A stretch of 64,000 nt of DNA from Oscillospiraceae bacterium (GTDB lineage: Bacteria; Bacillota; Clostridia; Oscillospirales; Oscillospiraceae): contig JAHHRY010000007.1 of assembly GCA_020025535.1 (NCBI GenBank), forward strand, positions 12,630 through 76,629. Direction: 5' to 3'. Below the pieces are notes generated by a model. That model saw nothing but the letters and a program-made list of their open reading frames with translations. It did not search any database and was not told the DNA's origin. This document shows, piece by piece, positions 1-9,492 of this stretch (the first letter of the stretch is position 1; each line of letters begins with the position of its first letter). Position numbers and translations under genes: made by a program.

Positions 1-153
1 ACTATTGCGACCGGAATGGCCTCCACTACAAAGAATCCTACTATCGAGTTATTCTTGCCAATGGATCAGCTGAAACACATAGCCTGTCATACAAAAAATA
101 TTTTAAGCGATTGGAAAAAGGATTGTACGAATTATCTAAAAAAGGAATCCTAG
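1..153 (+). CDS. 3' end of an unidentified chromosomal CDS (partial, truncated by window edge)
   Basis: Open frame from the window edge to TAG at 151-153 (...YRVILANGSAETHSLSYKKYFKRLEKGLYELSKKGILEG*). A hairpin sits immediately downstream. This may be the gene next to the integration site. Confidence 0.25.
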   Translation, partial: TIATGMASTTKNPTIELFLPMDQLKHIACHTKNILSDWKKDCTNYLKKES

Positions 154-168
154 AAGGCTAAAGATTAA

Positions 169-193
169 CGCCTGCGAGCAATCCTCGCAGGCG
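169..193. terminator. Perfect 10-bp stem hairpin (cgcctgcgag-caatc-ctcgcaggcg) between the upstream gene and int
   Basis: Inverted repeat read directly. It is T-rich on the minus-strand side, so it could terminate int or the flanking gene, or it could be part of the att region. Confidence 0.45.
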
Positions 194-203
194 TAATGTC
201 TAA

Positions 204-1604
204 TTATTCTGCCTTTCTAATTGTCGCAAACACGCCGGCTCGGACACCGGCTGCGGCAGCACGGGCTTTTGCGATTTGGTGGGCATAGATTTTCGCAGTT
301 GTCGTAGCATCGGTATGGCCCAGCTCTGCGGCGGTAGTGACCAGGTCGATGCCGTTGGCAATCATGGTGGATGCGGCAGTGTGCCGGAACAGGTGAGGAT
401 GGATATGAGGCAGATCCTCTGCTTTGCTGAATTTGCCCAGCCAGTCGGTGATGCTGTCCGGGTGCATGGGAGTGCCGTCATCCTTTGTGAAGATGAAGCC
501 GGTATCCTTCCAGATCAGGCCATTTTTCATGCGGATTCGCAGCTGCTCCTTATGCCATTTTCTCAGAACATCCAGGCTTTCCGGAGCCAGATAAACAGCA
601 CGGGGCTGACCGTTCTTGGGTGGGCCGACATACACACCTTTCTCCTTGGTGTAAAGCAGCGCCTGCTCGATCATCATGGTTCCCTTGTCAAAGTCGATGT
701 GCTTCCACTGGAGGCCCATCAGCTCACCTCGGCGGCAGCCGGTATCAATCAGCACATAGGACATGGCCTTCCACTTGAGAGGAGCGTTTTGCAAGGTGCT
801 GACAATATCCTCCATATCCTCCGGCTGGAAGGATTCCACCTTGTGCTTCTTCACCTTGGGCGGTGTGGCCTTGGCGGCAGGATTGTAGGGAATCAGCAGC
901 TCCTTGTCCGCCTGGGCAAAGATCGTGGAGATCAGCCTGTGATGTTCGAGAATTGTTTTGGCAGACAAGGGATTTGTGTTCTCTTCCGGTGTAAATAGGT
1001 CAGATATATCGTAGCCGAGGGCTTCCGAAATCCCTTTGGCCGTTTCCATTCGGACGGTGTCTCCCCGGATAGCAGCATTCAGAGTTGACTGGGAAACGTG
1101 GCATTTTTCAGCAATCTGATACTTCGGAATCTCCAATGCTTTGAGTTTCTTTGCCAGAATCCGCCGGGGCCTGGCCCGGCTGGTATCTTCCCGGACACCG
1201 TATTCTGCCAGATCTTTGTAAAACTGATTCAGGTGCTGGGGGCGGATATCCTTCAGCTTCATGTGGCCAATGGCACCGTTGATGCGCTCTAAAAGGCCCT
1301 GATACCGTTCCAAAGTGGTGGGAGCCAGGCCATTTCTCTCCTTTAGATCCATCACATACTGGGCATATTCAGCGAAGGTTTGGTTTTCGTCGTACTGATA
1401 TCCCTGTTCCAGTTTTTCTTCAAATTCAAAGGCAGCTTTCAGCGCTTCCTGCTTCATTTTTCGCTGTGATATATTTTTATCCTTGGGCCACCACATCTGT
1501 GTTTTACGGATCTGTCTCCCTTTGTAATCGTAGCGATTGGATGTGAATAGCCGATAGTGGGTGATATTTCCACTCTTATCATATTGCGGCTCAATATATG
1601 CCAT
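204..1604 (-). CDS. int: Tyrosine site-specific integrase (phage/ICE integrase family, Tn916-Int-like)
   Basis: C-terminal catalytic-domain motifs (HxLRHT...Y: 'HPHLFRHTAASTMIANG', 'AKIYAH'). GGAGG RBS 8 nt before the ATG at 1604 (MAYIEPQ...). The ORF track extends the frame 6 codons upstream. Confidence 0.9.
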   Translation of the reverse strand: MAYIEPQYDKSGNITHYRLFTSNRYDYKGRQIRKTQMWWPKDKNISQRKMKQEALKAAFEFEEKLEQGYQYDENQTFAEYAQYVMDLKERNGLAPTTLERYQGLLERINGAIGHMKLKDIRPQHLNQFYKDLAEYGVREDTSRARPRRILAKKLKALEIPKYQIAEKCHVSQSTLNAAIRGDTVRMETAKGISEALGYDISDLFTPEENTNPLSAKTILEHHRLISTIFAQADKELLIPYNPAAKATPPKVKKHKVESFQPEDMEDIVSTLQNAPLKWKAMSYVLIDTGCRRGELMGLQWKHIDFDKGTMMIEQALLYTKEKGVYVGPPKNGQPRAVYLAPESLDVLRKWHKEQLRIRMKNGLIWKDTGFIFTKDDGTPMHPDSITDWLGKFSKAEDLPHIHPHLFRHTAASTMIANGIDLVTTAAELGHTDATTTAKIYAHQIAKARAAAAGVRAGVFATIRKAE

Positions 1605-1680
1605 CGAAAATCCTCCTTTCAAAAAGAAAATCTCCCATGCTCATGGTAGGGCATGGGAGATTTTTTGACAAATGTGCGGG

Positions 1681-1887
1681 CTAGGTTCCCTGATAGGTGT
1701 CGCTGCCGTCAACGCAGTTGAGCCAGCGGACTACATTCTCCCAGGCGATGAGGTAAGTACGGCCCACAATCCGGCAGGGCAGCTGTCCGGAGCGGATGGC
1801 CCGGCGGACAGTGTACTCACTCAGGTGAATGCCCTGCTCGGCGGCACGGGCCACAACTTCTTTCATGTTGAGAATATCAAGATTCAT
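1681..1887 (-). CDS. xis: Excisionase / MerR-type HTH DNA-binding protein (Xis-like)
   Basis: 68 aa small HTH protein immediately upstream of int, the same arrangement as Tn916 xis-int. AGGAAA RBS. Confidence 0.7.
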   Translation of the reverse strand: MNLDILNMKEVVARAAEQGIHLSEYTVRRAIRSGQLPCRIVGRTYLIAWENVVRWLNCVDGSDTYQGT

Positions 1888-1909
1888 AATTTATTTTTCC
1901 TTTCGATGC

Positions 1910-2752
1910 TCAGCGGGCCTGATCCCGCTGGCGGCGTTTCTGGTAATCGTTTAAAAGTTTCAGAATGGTTTCCTGAATTTTGGTGGTGTCATAGCTTTTC
2001 GGGAAGAACTTCCGAAGATCGTCCACCCGGAAGCTGATTTTTTCGGCTTGATTGGCTTTTGGCTGGGCCATCATGGTAACGATGGTATCCACATCCAAAG
2101 TCCCGGCCTGACTGAGCTTTTTCAGCTTCACAGCCTGAGAGAGGGATGGCGTGCAATCTTCGCACTCCATGGCCTCCAGTAAGTCTCGCTGTTCCAGTTC
2201 TGTCAGATAGGACAGTTCTACGGCGGGAGTCAGGGCAATCTGTCCCTCGTCCACCAGTTTCAGAAGTTCCGGAATTAGATTGGTCAGACGGATATAGCGT
2301 TGAATTTGTCTGGAACTGTCATCAACTGTTTCAGCCATTCCGTCTCTAGTCCACTTCTGGCCAAGTTGGCCAGAAGTTCTCCCTTGGTGATTTAAGGCTT
2401 CAAGCTTCATCTTATAGGCGAAGGCCTTTTCGCTTGGGAGAATATGCTCCCGGTGGAGGTTGCTGTCCACCAGTGCGATTGCTGCGGCATCCCGATCCAT
2501 AGGAACAACAAAGGCAGGGACTTCTCTCATCCCTGCCTTTACTGCTGCCCGGAACCGACGGTGTCCCGAGACAATCTCATATTCATCTGTGGTATTTTCT
2601 TTCGGCCTGACAATCAGCGGACTGAGGATGCCAAGTTGTTGGACGCTCTCAATCAGGCTATTCATTTCTTCGTTGTCCAGTACCTTGAAGGGGTGCCCTT
2701 CAAAGGGGTGGAGCTTTTCTGCCGGGATATTTACCGGCACATTACTTTTCAT
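1910..2752 (-). CDS. ParB-like nuclease domain (ParB/Srx N-terminal) protein
   Basis: GHRR motif ('SGHRRFRAA') and ParB N-terminal-like region. GAGAGGAG RBS before MKSNVPV. The ORF track frame starts 36 codons upstream. Confidence 0.7.
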   Translation of the reverse strand: MKSNVPVNIPAEKLHPFEGHPFKVLDNEEMNSLIESVQQLGILSPLIVRPKENTTDEYEIVSGHRRFRAAVKAGMREVPAFVVPMDRDAAAIALVDSNLHREHILPSEKAFAYKMKLEALNHQGRTSGQLGQKWTRDGMAETVDDSSRQIQRYIRLTNLIPELLKLVDEGQIALTPAVELSYLTELEQRDLLEAMECEDCTPSLSQAVKLKKLSQAGTLDVDTIVTMMAQPKANQAEKISFRVDDLRKFFPKSYDTTKIQETILKLLNDYQKRRQRDQAR

Positions 2753-2753
2753 A

Positions 2754-4127
2754 TTATCGTCTCCTCTCTCTGTTCCTGCTGCGTGCCTTGGCTTCTGTCT
2801 CCCGCTCTGCCTGCAGAAGCTCCCAGACATGGGGATAGTGCTCCAGTGCAGACTGGGCAAGTTTCAGGTCCTTACGCAAAGGGTTTAGTTTCTTGGAAAT
2901 CTCTCTTGCAGAGGCATTCTTTTCTGCTCGTTCCTCCGGACTTTTGGGACGGCGGTTGCTGTTGCGGATTTTCTGCCGCTCCTGCTCCAATGCGGCAATT
3001 TGGTCGGTACAGCTGTCAATGAAATCCAGAATGTTTTCTTCCGTGTGCAGATCGTTGTTTTTCAGCAAGCCGTATTCTGCTGTCAGCTGCTTTTCCATGG
3101 TGATGGATTGACGGATTGCCGGTGAATGCGGCTGGTTGCCCAGTCTCTGCTGTTCCTGGTTCCGGGTCAGGTGCAGCAGCTGTAGGAGCATATAAAAAAG
3201 GACATCTACCAAAACAACGGCGGCGTCCTTCGAATGAGTGATTTCATAATTCAGTTGCTTTTCCAGTGACAGGAGCGGTGTGGTTTTGACCTGGATAACA
3301 GCACAGGCGATATATGGCCCATGCTGATTTTCCCGAAACCGGTTCAGCAGCACCTCCTGAGTGTAGCCGATGGAGTCCAGCCGCACGGCCCGCTTCCAGC
3401 CGGGAGCCTGCAGGCTGATCCGGGAATAGTCGTAATTGTGATCCACCTGATACCCCAACGCAGTCAGCTGCCATTGCAGATCCCGCCAGTTGGTACTGCT
3501 GGTGAGAATCTTCTCCATGTCCTGCTTCAGCACATCCCGGTGGGTTAGATTACCGTTTTTGTGTACCCAGTAGTCCTTTTTTCGGCTACCGGTAAATTTA
3601 CTGGGCGGCAGAACGCTGAGGTTTTGCTCCCTGCAGATCTGGTCGGAAATCTCCCGGAGTTTGTAGTGGTCAGACTGGTGGTTCTGGAACTTTCTGCCCG
3701 TGCGGAAGGACACGGAGTTCACCACAATATGGTTATGAAGGTTATCGGTATTCAGATGGGTGGTGACCACAATCTCATATTCCTGGCCCCACATCCGGCG
3801 GGCGGTTTCCAATCCAATTCGGTGGGCCTGCTCCGGTGTGACTTCCCCGGTGCGAAAGCTTTGAAAGCCGTGGTAAGCTACATTGCCGCCCAGCTTGCCG
3901 TACCGCTGTTTGGTGGCCATCATGTGCTCATAGGCCCGTTTGGTGGGACAGTTGATGGCGGTGACATACATCTTCTGATCGGTCTTGTCGTCGTCCTCCG
4001 TGTAGCGCAGCGCCTTGTAAAGATCATCGTCCAGATACCTGCTGTCGGTGGTTTTATCCGGGTTCCGGGCGTACTCGATGACCTCCTTCAATCGGCCTTT
4101 GACGGGCCAGAATCCTGTTGTTGCCAC
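2754..4127 (-). CDS. Relaxase/mobilization nuclease (MobA/VirD2-type, MOB relaxase)
   Basis: N-terminal relaxase domain with a histidine triad motif 'HLNTDNLHNHIVVN'. 457 aa, adjacent to mobC. Confidence 0.85.
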   Translation of the reverse strand: MATTGFWPVKGRLKEVIEYARNPDKTTDSRYLDDDLYKALRYTEDDDKTDQKMYVTAINCPTKRAYEHMMATKQRYGKLGGNVAYHGFQSFRTGEVTPEQAHRIGLETARRMWGQEYEIVVTTHLNTDNLHNHIVVNSVSFRTGRKFQNHQSDHYKLREISDQICREQNLSVLPPSKFTGSRKKDYWVHKNGNLTHRDVLKQDMEKILTSSTNWRDLQWQLTALGYQVDHNYDYSRISLQAPGWKRAVRLDSIGYTQEVLLNRFRENQHGPYIACAVIQVKTTPLLSLEKQLNYEITHSKDAAVVLVDVLFYMLLQLLHLTRNQEQQRLGNQPHSPAIRQSITMEKQLTAEYGLLKNNDLHTEENILDFIDSCTDQIAALEQERQKIRNSNRRPKSPEERAEKNASAREISKKLNPLRKDLKLAQSALEHYPHVWELLQAERETEAKARSRNRERRR

Positions 4128-4131
4128 GGCG

Positions 4132-4527
4132 TCACATCACACTCCGTCCTTCGCTGTCGGTGCAAGCGCCGACAGGCTCACAACTCCGTGGATGCTCCTC
4201 TTCCCCACAAAGCAGGCTTTGCGGGGTCCCCATATTTTTCTCCTTTCCCGGCAGCAGTAGCTCTGAATGAATTTCATCAATCAGGGAAAGCAGCTTTTCT
4301 TCTGTTTCCTGTGAAAGCTCACTGTTGGAGAGTTTACATAATTCTCCATAGAAATCATAAAAGGCATCGGGAAGAACCGCTCTCGGCTCATGTCCCAATG
4401 CCCGTTTCACCATATATTCGCTGACAGAGAGATTGCACTTTCCTGCCAGCTTTTGAATCTTTTCTTTGTCCGTGGGTTTCGCCCGAATCTCAATGCGGGC
4501 CAATTTCTCTTTCGGATTACGGTTCAT
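4132..4527 (-). CDS. mobC: MobC-family mobilization (relaxosome accessory) protein
   Basis: ~130 aa protein directly upstream of the relaxase with a MobC-like 'LSVSEYMVKRAL' region. Confidence 0.65.
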   Translation of the reverse strand: MNRNPKEKLARIEIRAKPTDKEKIQKLAGKCNLSVSEYMVKRALGHEPRAVLPDAFYDFYGELCKLSNSELSQETEEKLLSLIDEIHSELLLPGKEKNMGTPQSLLCGEEEHPRSCEPVGACTDSEGRSVM

Positions 4528-5009
4528 ATGGTACCTTCCTTTCCGGGGGATTGGGGGTGTCCCCCAAAGAGCGGCTCAGAAAAATCTGAGCCTGAGCTGG
4601 AACTTGCCGTACAAGTTCCCTGCTTGCTACCGGATGCGACAGTCCTTGCCGCATCCCTGTCCTTTCCCAAATCCGGGGGCGTGTAGGTTTGATATTCTGC
4701 CGACACGATCTCATAATTTCTGCCGTAGGCATCTGCCTGATCGGTCTGGCGAATCTCCAAAACCATCCGGTCTTTGAACTCCGGAGCCCTGCACCGGAGC
4801 ATATTTAACTCTTCCTCTGTAAATTGAATCCACAGGTCATAAGGGAGTGCTTCTCCGGGCATCAGATGCACGGAAATTGGGTTTTCTCCGGAGAAACGGT
4901 CCCGAATAACACCGGAAACCCTGCCGTTAAACCAGGGTTCGGCACATTCGATGCCGTCTACAACCAGAATCCGTACTTCCCTTCCTTCAATTGTTCTGAA
5001 TTGGGTCAT
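4524..5009 (-). CDS. Hypothetical protein (mobile-element associated)
   Basis: 161-codon ORF abutting the mobC start. The 3' third is low-complexity and overlaps the IR-rich putative oriT, so the true protein may be shorter. Confidence 0.4.
   Translation of the reverse strand: MTQFRTIEGREVRILVVDGIECAEPWFNGRVSGVIRDRFSGENPISVHLMPGEALPYDLWIQFTEEELNMLRCRAPEFKDRMVLEIRQTDQADAYGRNYEIVSAEYQTYTPPDLGKDRDAARTVASGSKQGTCTASSSSGSDFSEPLFGGHPQSPGKEGTI
4536..4680. promoter_or_regulatory. Candidate oriT: dense cluster of short inverted repeats upstream of mobC
   Basis: Inverted repeats read directly: gggggtgtccccc; gctcagaaaaatctgagc; ggaacttgccgtacaagttcc; ggatgcgacagtccttgccgcatcc. All lie within ~140 bp, immediately 5' of mobC. 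Confidence 0.35.
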
Positions 5010-5143
5010 AAAAATTCCTCCTCTCTTTGCGTGCAGTCAAAAAGAAGTCATGCACCGTTTGAACCTTCGGCACATGACTTCTTTCCTGCATGGTTATGAC
5101 TTCGTTTCTGTTTTTGTACTTTTGGTGTACAGTCATTTTGCAG

Positions 5144-5416
5144 TCACCGGAAAAACTCCAGGGCATCCATGACCAGCTCGTCAGCGCCTTCCGTGGCGGT
5201 CGGCTCCGGCATGGAGGGAGCCGGCTGGACATTCCCCATTTCCTCCCGCAGAACATTGCGGAAGGTATTCCAGTAGTCCTCCTGTTCAGCTGCCCGATTG
5301 AGCACAGAAATGATTGCTGCGTTCTTGGAGCCGGACAGACCTTGCAGATACCCATAGGCCCGCCGGTGCTCCGGATCGTTCATATGGAAACGCAGGGTAA
5401 AGGTCTTTGGCTTCAT
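5144..5416 (-). CDS. Small protein downstream of parM, possible ParR-like segregation adaptor
   Basis: 90 aa, overlaps parM by 4 nt (translational coupling). Position matches parR in parMR operons. No motif recognised. Confidence 0.4.
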   Translation of the reverse strand: MKPKTFTLRFHMNDPEHRRAYGYLQGLSGSKNAAIISVLNRAAEQEDYWNTFRNVLREEMGNVQPAPSMPEPTATEGADELVMDALEFFR

Positions 5417-6336
5417 GCCTTGCGCTCCCTTCTCAGCTGAATCTGAGCCATAAATTCGTAGCCTTTGGCGGTGGCGCAGATATCCTCATCGATGAAGATC
5501 TGCCCGGTGGCGGCAGGGGCAAAGTGCCTCAGCAGGCATCCTCCGCCGCCCACCACATAAAGCTTCATCAGTCTGGGATCGTAGCCACGCTCCCGGAGTG
5601 TGCGGAACAGCTTCTCCGTGTAGGCTTCGGCTGTGGCCTTCATGGGTTCCTCAATTTCCGGGGCAATGCCCACGGTGCCGTTTTGTAGAAAGCTGTAGAT
5701 CGTGGTTTCGTCCAACCGGGCGTTGTGCTCCCGGAGCAGATCCTCCTGCATGGCCAGTACGCACTGATGAACACCCAGCATCTCCGTGTACATCTGCCGG
5801 GGATCAATCCGGGCATCGTGGAGCCGCAGCAAATTCATGGTGCCGTTTCCGATGTCGCACAGCAGCGTGTCCCCTTTGAATCTGCCCATCTTTTCCGCAA
5901 TGGCGGAAAAGCCCTGTGGAAAAATTTCCGCACCGACAATGCGGATGTGGTAGTCCTTGTTCCGGAAGGTGAAGTCTACGGTCTCCCGCCGGAGCAGATA
6001 CTCCCGAAAAGCATTGCGCTGTTTGCTGAGCCAGGACAGGGGCAAGCCCGCCGCCAGATACACGGAAGCGCTGGTGAGATGCTCACGGCTCAGCTCCTGT
6101 GCAATGGCGGCCAGTGTCAGAATATAGTAGTCCTCGTCCAGAATCTTCTCCGGACTGTACTCCTTATGTCCGACGCCCACATAGTAGAATCTGCCGTCCA
6201 GAATCAGCAGATCCTGCTTGAATGCCGGCATCTCCTCGCTCTCCAAAACACCGGTGGGAAAACAGCAGTTGGCCGTTTTCATGTTGCCGTATCCGTGATC
6301 GATTCCAATGATCCGGATTCCATTCATTTCTTTCAT
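5413..6336 (-). CDS. parM: ParM/StbA-family actin-like plasmid segregation ATPase
   Basis: Actin-fold motifs 'IGIDHGYGNMK' and 'LCDIGNGTMN'. GGAGG RBS before MKEMNG. The ORF track frame starts 60 codons upstream. Confidence 0.8.
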   Translation of the reverse strand: MKEMNGIRIIGIDHGYGNMKTANCCFPTGVLESEEMPAFKQDLLILDGRFYYVGVGHKEYSPEKILDEDYYILTLAAIAQELSREHLTSASVYLAAGLPLSWLSKQRNAFREYLLRRETVDFTFRNKDYHIRIVGAEIFPQGFSAIAEKMGRFKGDTLLCDIGNGTMNLLRLHDARIDPRQMYTEMLGVHQCVLAMQEDLLREHNARLDETTIYSFLQNGTVGIAPEIEEPMKATAEAYTEKLFRTLRERGYDPRLMKLYVVGGGGCLLRHFAPAATGQIFIDEDICATAKGYEFMAQIQLRRERKA

Positions 6337-6563
6337 GTTCGTTCCTCCTTTTTGTTTTCGGAGGCTCATCACTGCCTCCTGCCTATGTAATACCGGGAAA
6401 AAGGAAAAACCGGAATATTTGCGAAACAGTCTAAAATCAATCTGCGAAACATGAAAATTGCTTTCAAATACGATAAATAGCAGCAGAAAGCTCTGTGAAA
6501 AGTTAATACTGTACAAATGTTCGTATATAGTGTAAAATAAAAAAGCAAAGGAGGGAGATTGCG

Positions 6564-7691
6564 ATGCTGCAGAAAAGCTTTTTCACTGCGACCTATCAGA
6601 ATACGCAGGTTCAGGTCTGTGGGCAGTGGTTTGATGCCGGCAGCTTCGCCGTGTCCCTGCTGAACCGTTTCTATGACAATGATCTGGCGGCCCGCCTTGG
6701 CGTGATGGGGATGAACAATGATTTCCTGATTCGGGACTTGCAGATGGGGTATCTGAATCAGACGCTCTTTTCCCGTGCCGGGGAGGAATATCAGTATATT
6801 CTGAAAACACTGCCCAAACTGGAACCATTCAATCTTCTGGATCTGGAATCTGAGCGGCAGAGAATGGAGCGGCTTTTTTCTCAGGACAGCTTCAATTTTC
6901 TCCAGACCTATCTGCGGGCCAAGGCCAGAAATGCCAGCGTCAGTGTGGATGAACAGGCACTGAATGTTGTGCCGGAACAAGACAGCTCGCTGTTTCAGAA
7001 GGGTGAAATAATGGCAGCCCAGATTCGGCAGGCGGACCGGCTGTATCACTCCATTGCGGAGGATATGCGGGTCTGCTTTCAGGGCCTGCGGAAATTTGTT
7101 GCGGGTGAAGAAGCCGCAGACCGACTGGACGAATCCTGCCTTCTGCCCATGGCTCTGGAAGTGCTGGGCACACCGGAACTTCCAACAGGAGTCCGGTATA
7201 TCCAGACCCGAAAGCCGGGCGGTGAGGCGGCCGTTGTGGGCCGGGAAATGACCTTCGACAGCTACAAGAGCTTCATCTTGACAGACTTCTTCGAGGGTCT
7301 GCATTCCGGCCACTACCCCAGACAGTGCGAAGTCTGCAAAAAGTATTTTCTGATGAAATCTGCCCGGTGGCAGTATTACTGCGACGGCTGGTCGGGCCAC
7401 CTGATCCGGGGCCATCGGGTTAGCTGTAGACAGTACGGCGAATGGCAGCGCAGCAAGGAATATGCCACCGAAAACCCTATCAAGGATCGGTGTACCCGCC
7501 GCTGCGGCTGTATCCGGGCAGAAAAATCCCGAGGCCTGATCTCCGCTGAATTTGCAGAAAAGGCAAAGATTCTGGCCCAGCGGCGCAGGGATAAAGCCAC
7601 CCGGGACCCGGACTATGCCATGACGGATTACGAAACAGAAATGACGAAGGAGCGGCTTTATGCCGATGTAAAAAGGGGTTGTGAGGAGTGA
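6564..7691 (+). CDS. Conserved hypothetical protein of integrative elements (Cys-rich C-terminus)
   Basis: AAAGGAGGGAG RBS. 375 aa. C-terminal CxxC...C...C cluster ('CEVCKKYF...YYCDGW...CRQYGEW...CTRRCGC'). Overlaps the downstream sigma-factor gene by 4 nt. Confidence 0.6.
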   Translation: MLQKSFFTATYQNTQVQVCGQWFDAGSFAVSLLNRFYDNDLAARLGVMGMNNDFLIRDLQMGYLNQTLFSRAGEEYQYILKTLPKLEPFNLLDLESERQRMERLFSQDSFNFLQTYLRAKARNASVSVDEQALNVVPEQDSSLFQKGEIMAAQIRQADRLYHSIAEDMRVCFQGLRKFVAGEEAADRLDESCLLPMALEVLGTPELPTGVRYIQTRKPGGEAAVVGREMTFDSYKSFILTDFFEGLHSGHYPRQCEVCKKYFLMKSARWQYYCDGWSGHLIRGHRVSCRQYGEWQRSKEYATENPIKDRCTRRCGCIRAEKSRGLISAEFAEKAKILAQRRRDKATRDPDYAMTDYETEMTKERLYADVKRGCEE

Positions 7692-8593
7692 AGGACTGGG
7701 AAAAACAGCTGAAAATCTATCAGCTCATACCGCCGCCCCCGAAGCTGCCGCTGCAGGAATATATCGTCCGGTATCTGGAAGGTTGGGACGACAAATACCT
7801 GAGCTGGTTTTTCCATGCGGCCGAGCCATTACTTAATCAGATGGCACAGGGACTGGTGGTGCGCTACGCCATGTACGGCTTCTTTCTTGATTTGAAGCAG
7901 GCCTGCGTGGAGGGCATTTTGAATGCGCTGCGGGACTACAATCCCGAAAAAGGCACTCCCCTTTGGTGGTATGCCAGGCAGTATCACATTCCCGATGCGG
8001 TGCACAATCTGGTTCGGCAGCTTCGTCCCGGCTTTTCGGTGCAGAGCAAGGACGAATATGATACCCTGCGGAAAGTCATGTGGATGTATCAGGATTTGCG
8101 GCAGAAGCAGGAGCCGAATCCCATAAAGCAGATTTCAGAAGAAACCGGACTTTCCGAAAAGAGGGTCAGCGAATACCTGCAGGCTGGCATGCGAAATATG
8201 TCTCTGGTTCCGATAGAAATGCAGGAAAACGGAGACGAGGACGGAGAAATCACCCATATTCCTGCCCCGGACTATTCTGCCGACCCTGCCCGGCAGCTGC
8301 TTCGTATGGAATGGGAAGAAAAACTGTTTGAGGCATTTGGAACCCTGAGTTACCGGGAACAGGATATTGTGGCCTCCCATCTGGGCTTCTGCCCCAAGTG
8401 TCTGAATACAAAAAATGCTGACGGCAGCAACCGTCAGCGGGAATATTTTGAAGACCTGGCAATCTTCTACGGCCTGACCCCAAAGGCGGCGGCAAAAGTC
8501 TACGACAAGGCCATTGAAAAGCTGAGGAAAGCACTTTGTCCTTGGGAAGAATTCGGGGAGGAAGATCAACTGGTCAGCAGTTCTATGGTATAA
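7688..8593 (+). CDS. Sigma-70 family RNA polymerase sigma factor (element-encoded)
   Basis: Region-4-like HTH ('ISEETGLSEKRVSEYLQ') and a region-2-like N-terminus. Its position resembles the orf7 sigma-like gene of Tn916-family elements. Confidence 0.65.
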   Translation: MKDWEKQLKIYQLIPPPPKLPLQEYIVRYLEGWDDKYLSWFFHAAEPLLNQMAQGLVVRYAMYGFFLDLKQACVEGILNALRDYNPEKGTPLWWYARQYHIPDAVHNLVRQLRPGFSVQSKDEYDTLRKVMWMYQDLRQKQEPNPIKQISEETGLSEKRVSEYLQAGMRNMSLVPIEMQENGDEDGEITHIPAPDYSADPARQLLRMEWEEKLFEAFGTLSYREQDIVASHLGFCPKCLNTKNADGSNRQREYFEDLAIFYGLTPKAAAKVYDKAIEKLRKALCPWEEFGEEDQLVSSSMV

Positions 8594-8596
8594 AAC

Positions 8597-8630
8597 AAAA
8601 GCGGCGAGCATATGCCCGCCGCTTTCTCTG
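8597..8630. terminator. Bidirectional intrinsic terminator
   Basis: aaagcggcg-(loop)-cgccgcttt with flanking A/T runs, between two convergent genes. Confidence 0.6.
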
Positions 8631-8632
8631 AT

Positions 8633-8917
8633 TCATTTACACGAAATTGCCTGTTGGAGTTCTTCCTGCACTTCCCGCTCAAGCGCCATACCACTGGTAA
8701 AACCTAACTTGAAATAAGATTCACACTCAAAGCACTGAGCTCTGTAAATGGTGTCCACCAACTGCTCCACAAGCTTGTAGTGCGGCTCACTGAGCTGAGA
8801 TTTCAGCAGTTCCATCATCTGCCCCACCTGGTGATTTGCCTCCCAGTAATCGGGATTAGAGGGGGTAATCAGATCCGGCGGGGAGTAATTCCCTCTGCAG
8901 AGAGCTTCCAGAATCAT
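8633..8917 (-). CDS. Small hypothetical protein
   Basis: 94 aa ORF downstream of the tnpV-like gene. No motif recognised. Confidence 0.4.
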   Translation of the reverse strand: MILEALCRGNYSPPDLITPSNPDYWEANHQVGQMMELLKSQLSEPHYKLVEQLVDTIYRAQCFECESYFKLGFTSGMALEREVQEELQQAISCK

Positions 8918-8931
8918 GATTGTTGCCCCCC

Positions 8932-9303
8932 TAGCTGTAAATAAGTTCGGCGTAAATGATTCCCCGCACTCTGGCGGCGATGTTGTTCATGGCGCTTACC
9001 CAGGCCATTGGATCAGAGGCCTTTAGCGCTTCTGTGATGCCCTCCTGCTCTTTGAACTGTCGGGTGAGCCCGCTCTTCCATGGCTTCGGCTGCCTCGCTG
9101 GTGTCTGCCAGATGGGCGTCCAGCGTGCATTTGGTGAGCATGTTGTAGTATTTTACTCTGTGGCGGCTCTTGAGAAATTCTCTCCGCCGCTGGCCCCAGA
9201 TGCCGATGGGCCGCTTCTCCTGTGGCGGTAGTTTTACATCCGGCAGCAGATAATCTCCCTGCTGCGAATATGTGCCGCCCAATTCTTCAAATAATGATTT
9301 CAT
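8932..9303 (-). pseudogene. tnpV: tnpV-like gene (transposon TnpV family) with a frameshift
   Basis: N-terminus 'MKSLFEELGGTY...IGIWGQRR' matches the TnpV family. GGAGG RBS. The reading frame breaks near 9060 and the TnpV-like C-terminus ('...MAWVSAMNNIAARVRGIIYAELIYS*') continues in another frame to the stop at 8932. Confidence 0.55.
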
Positions 9304-9492
9304 AACAAAACCTCCTTTGCTGCTCCTATCATAGCAAAGGAGGTTTCTTTTGACGAATGTACGGGAAATTATTTTATTTGCCAGAGTAATTTTCGCAGAC
9401 GGATACCAAATATTCAAAACAACTGGATTTTGTTGAATTTAGAGATATTTTGTTGTATTATTATAATATGTTATTTTACAGGAGATAAAGAA

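Noticed and set aside
276-998. 240-aa plus-strand ORF inside the integrase gene
   Set aside because: Antisense to a well-supported integrase CDS. No RBS. Typical shadow ORF.
8956-9231. 91-aa plus-strand ORF
   Set aside because: Lies antisense within the frameshifted tnpV-like gene. It is explained by the tnpV frames.
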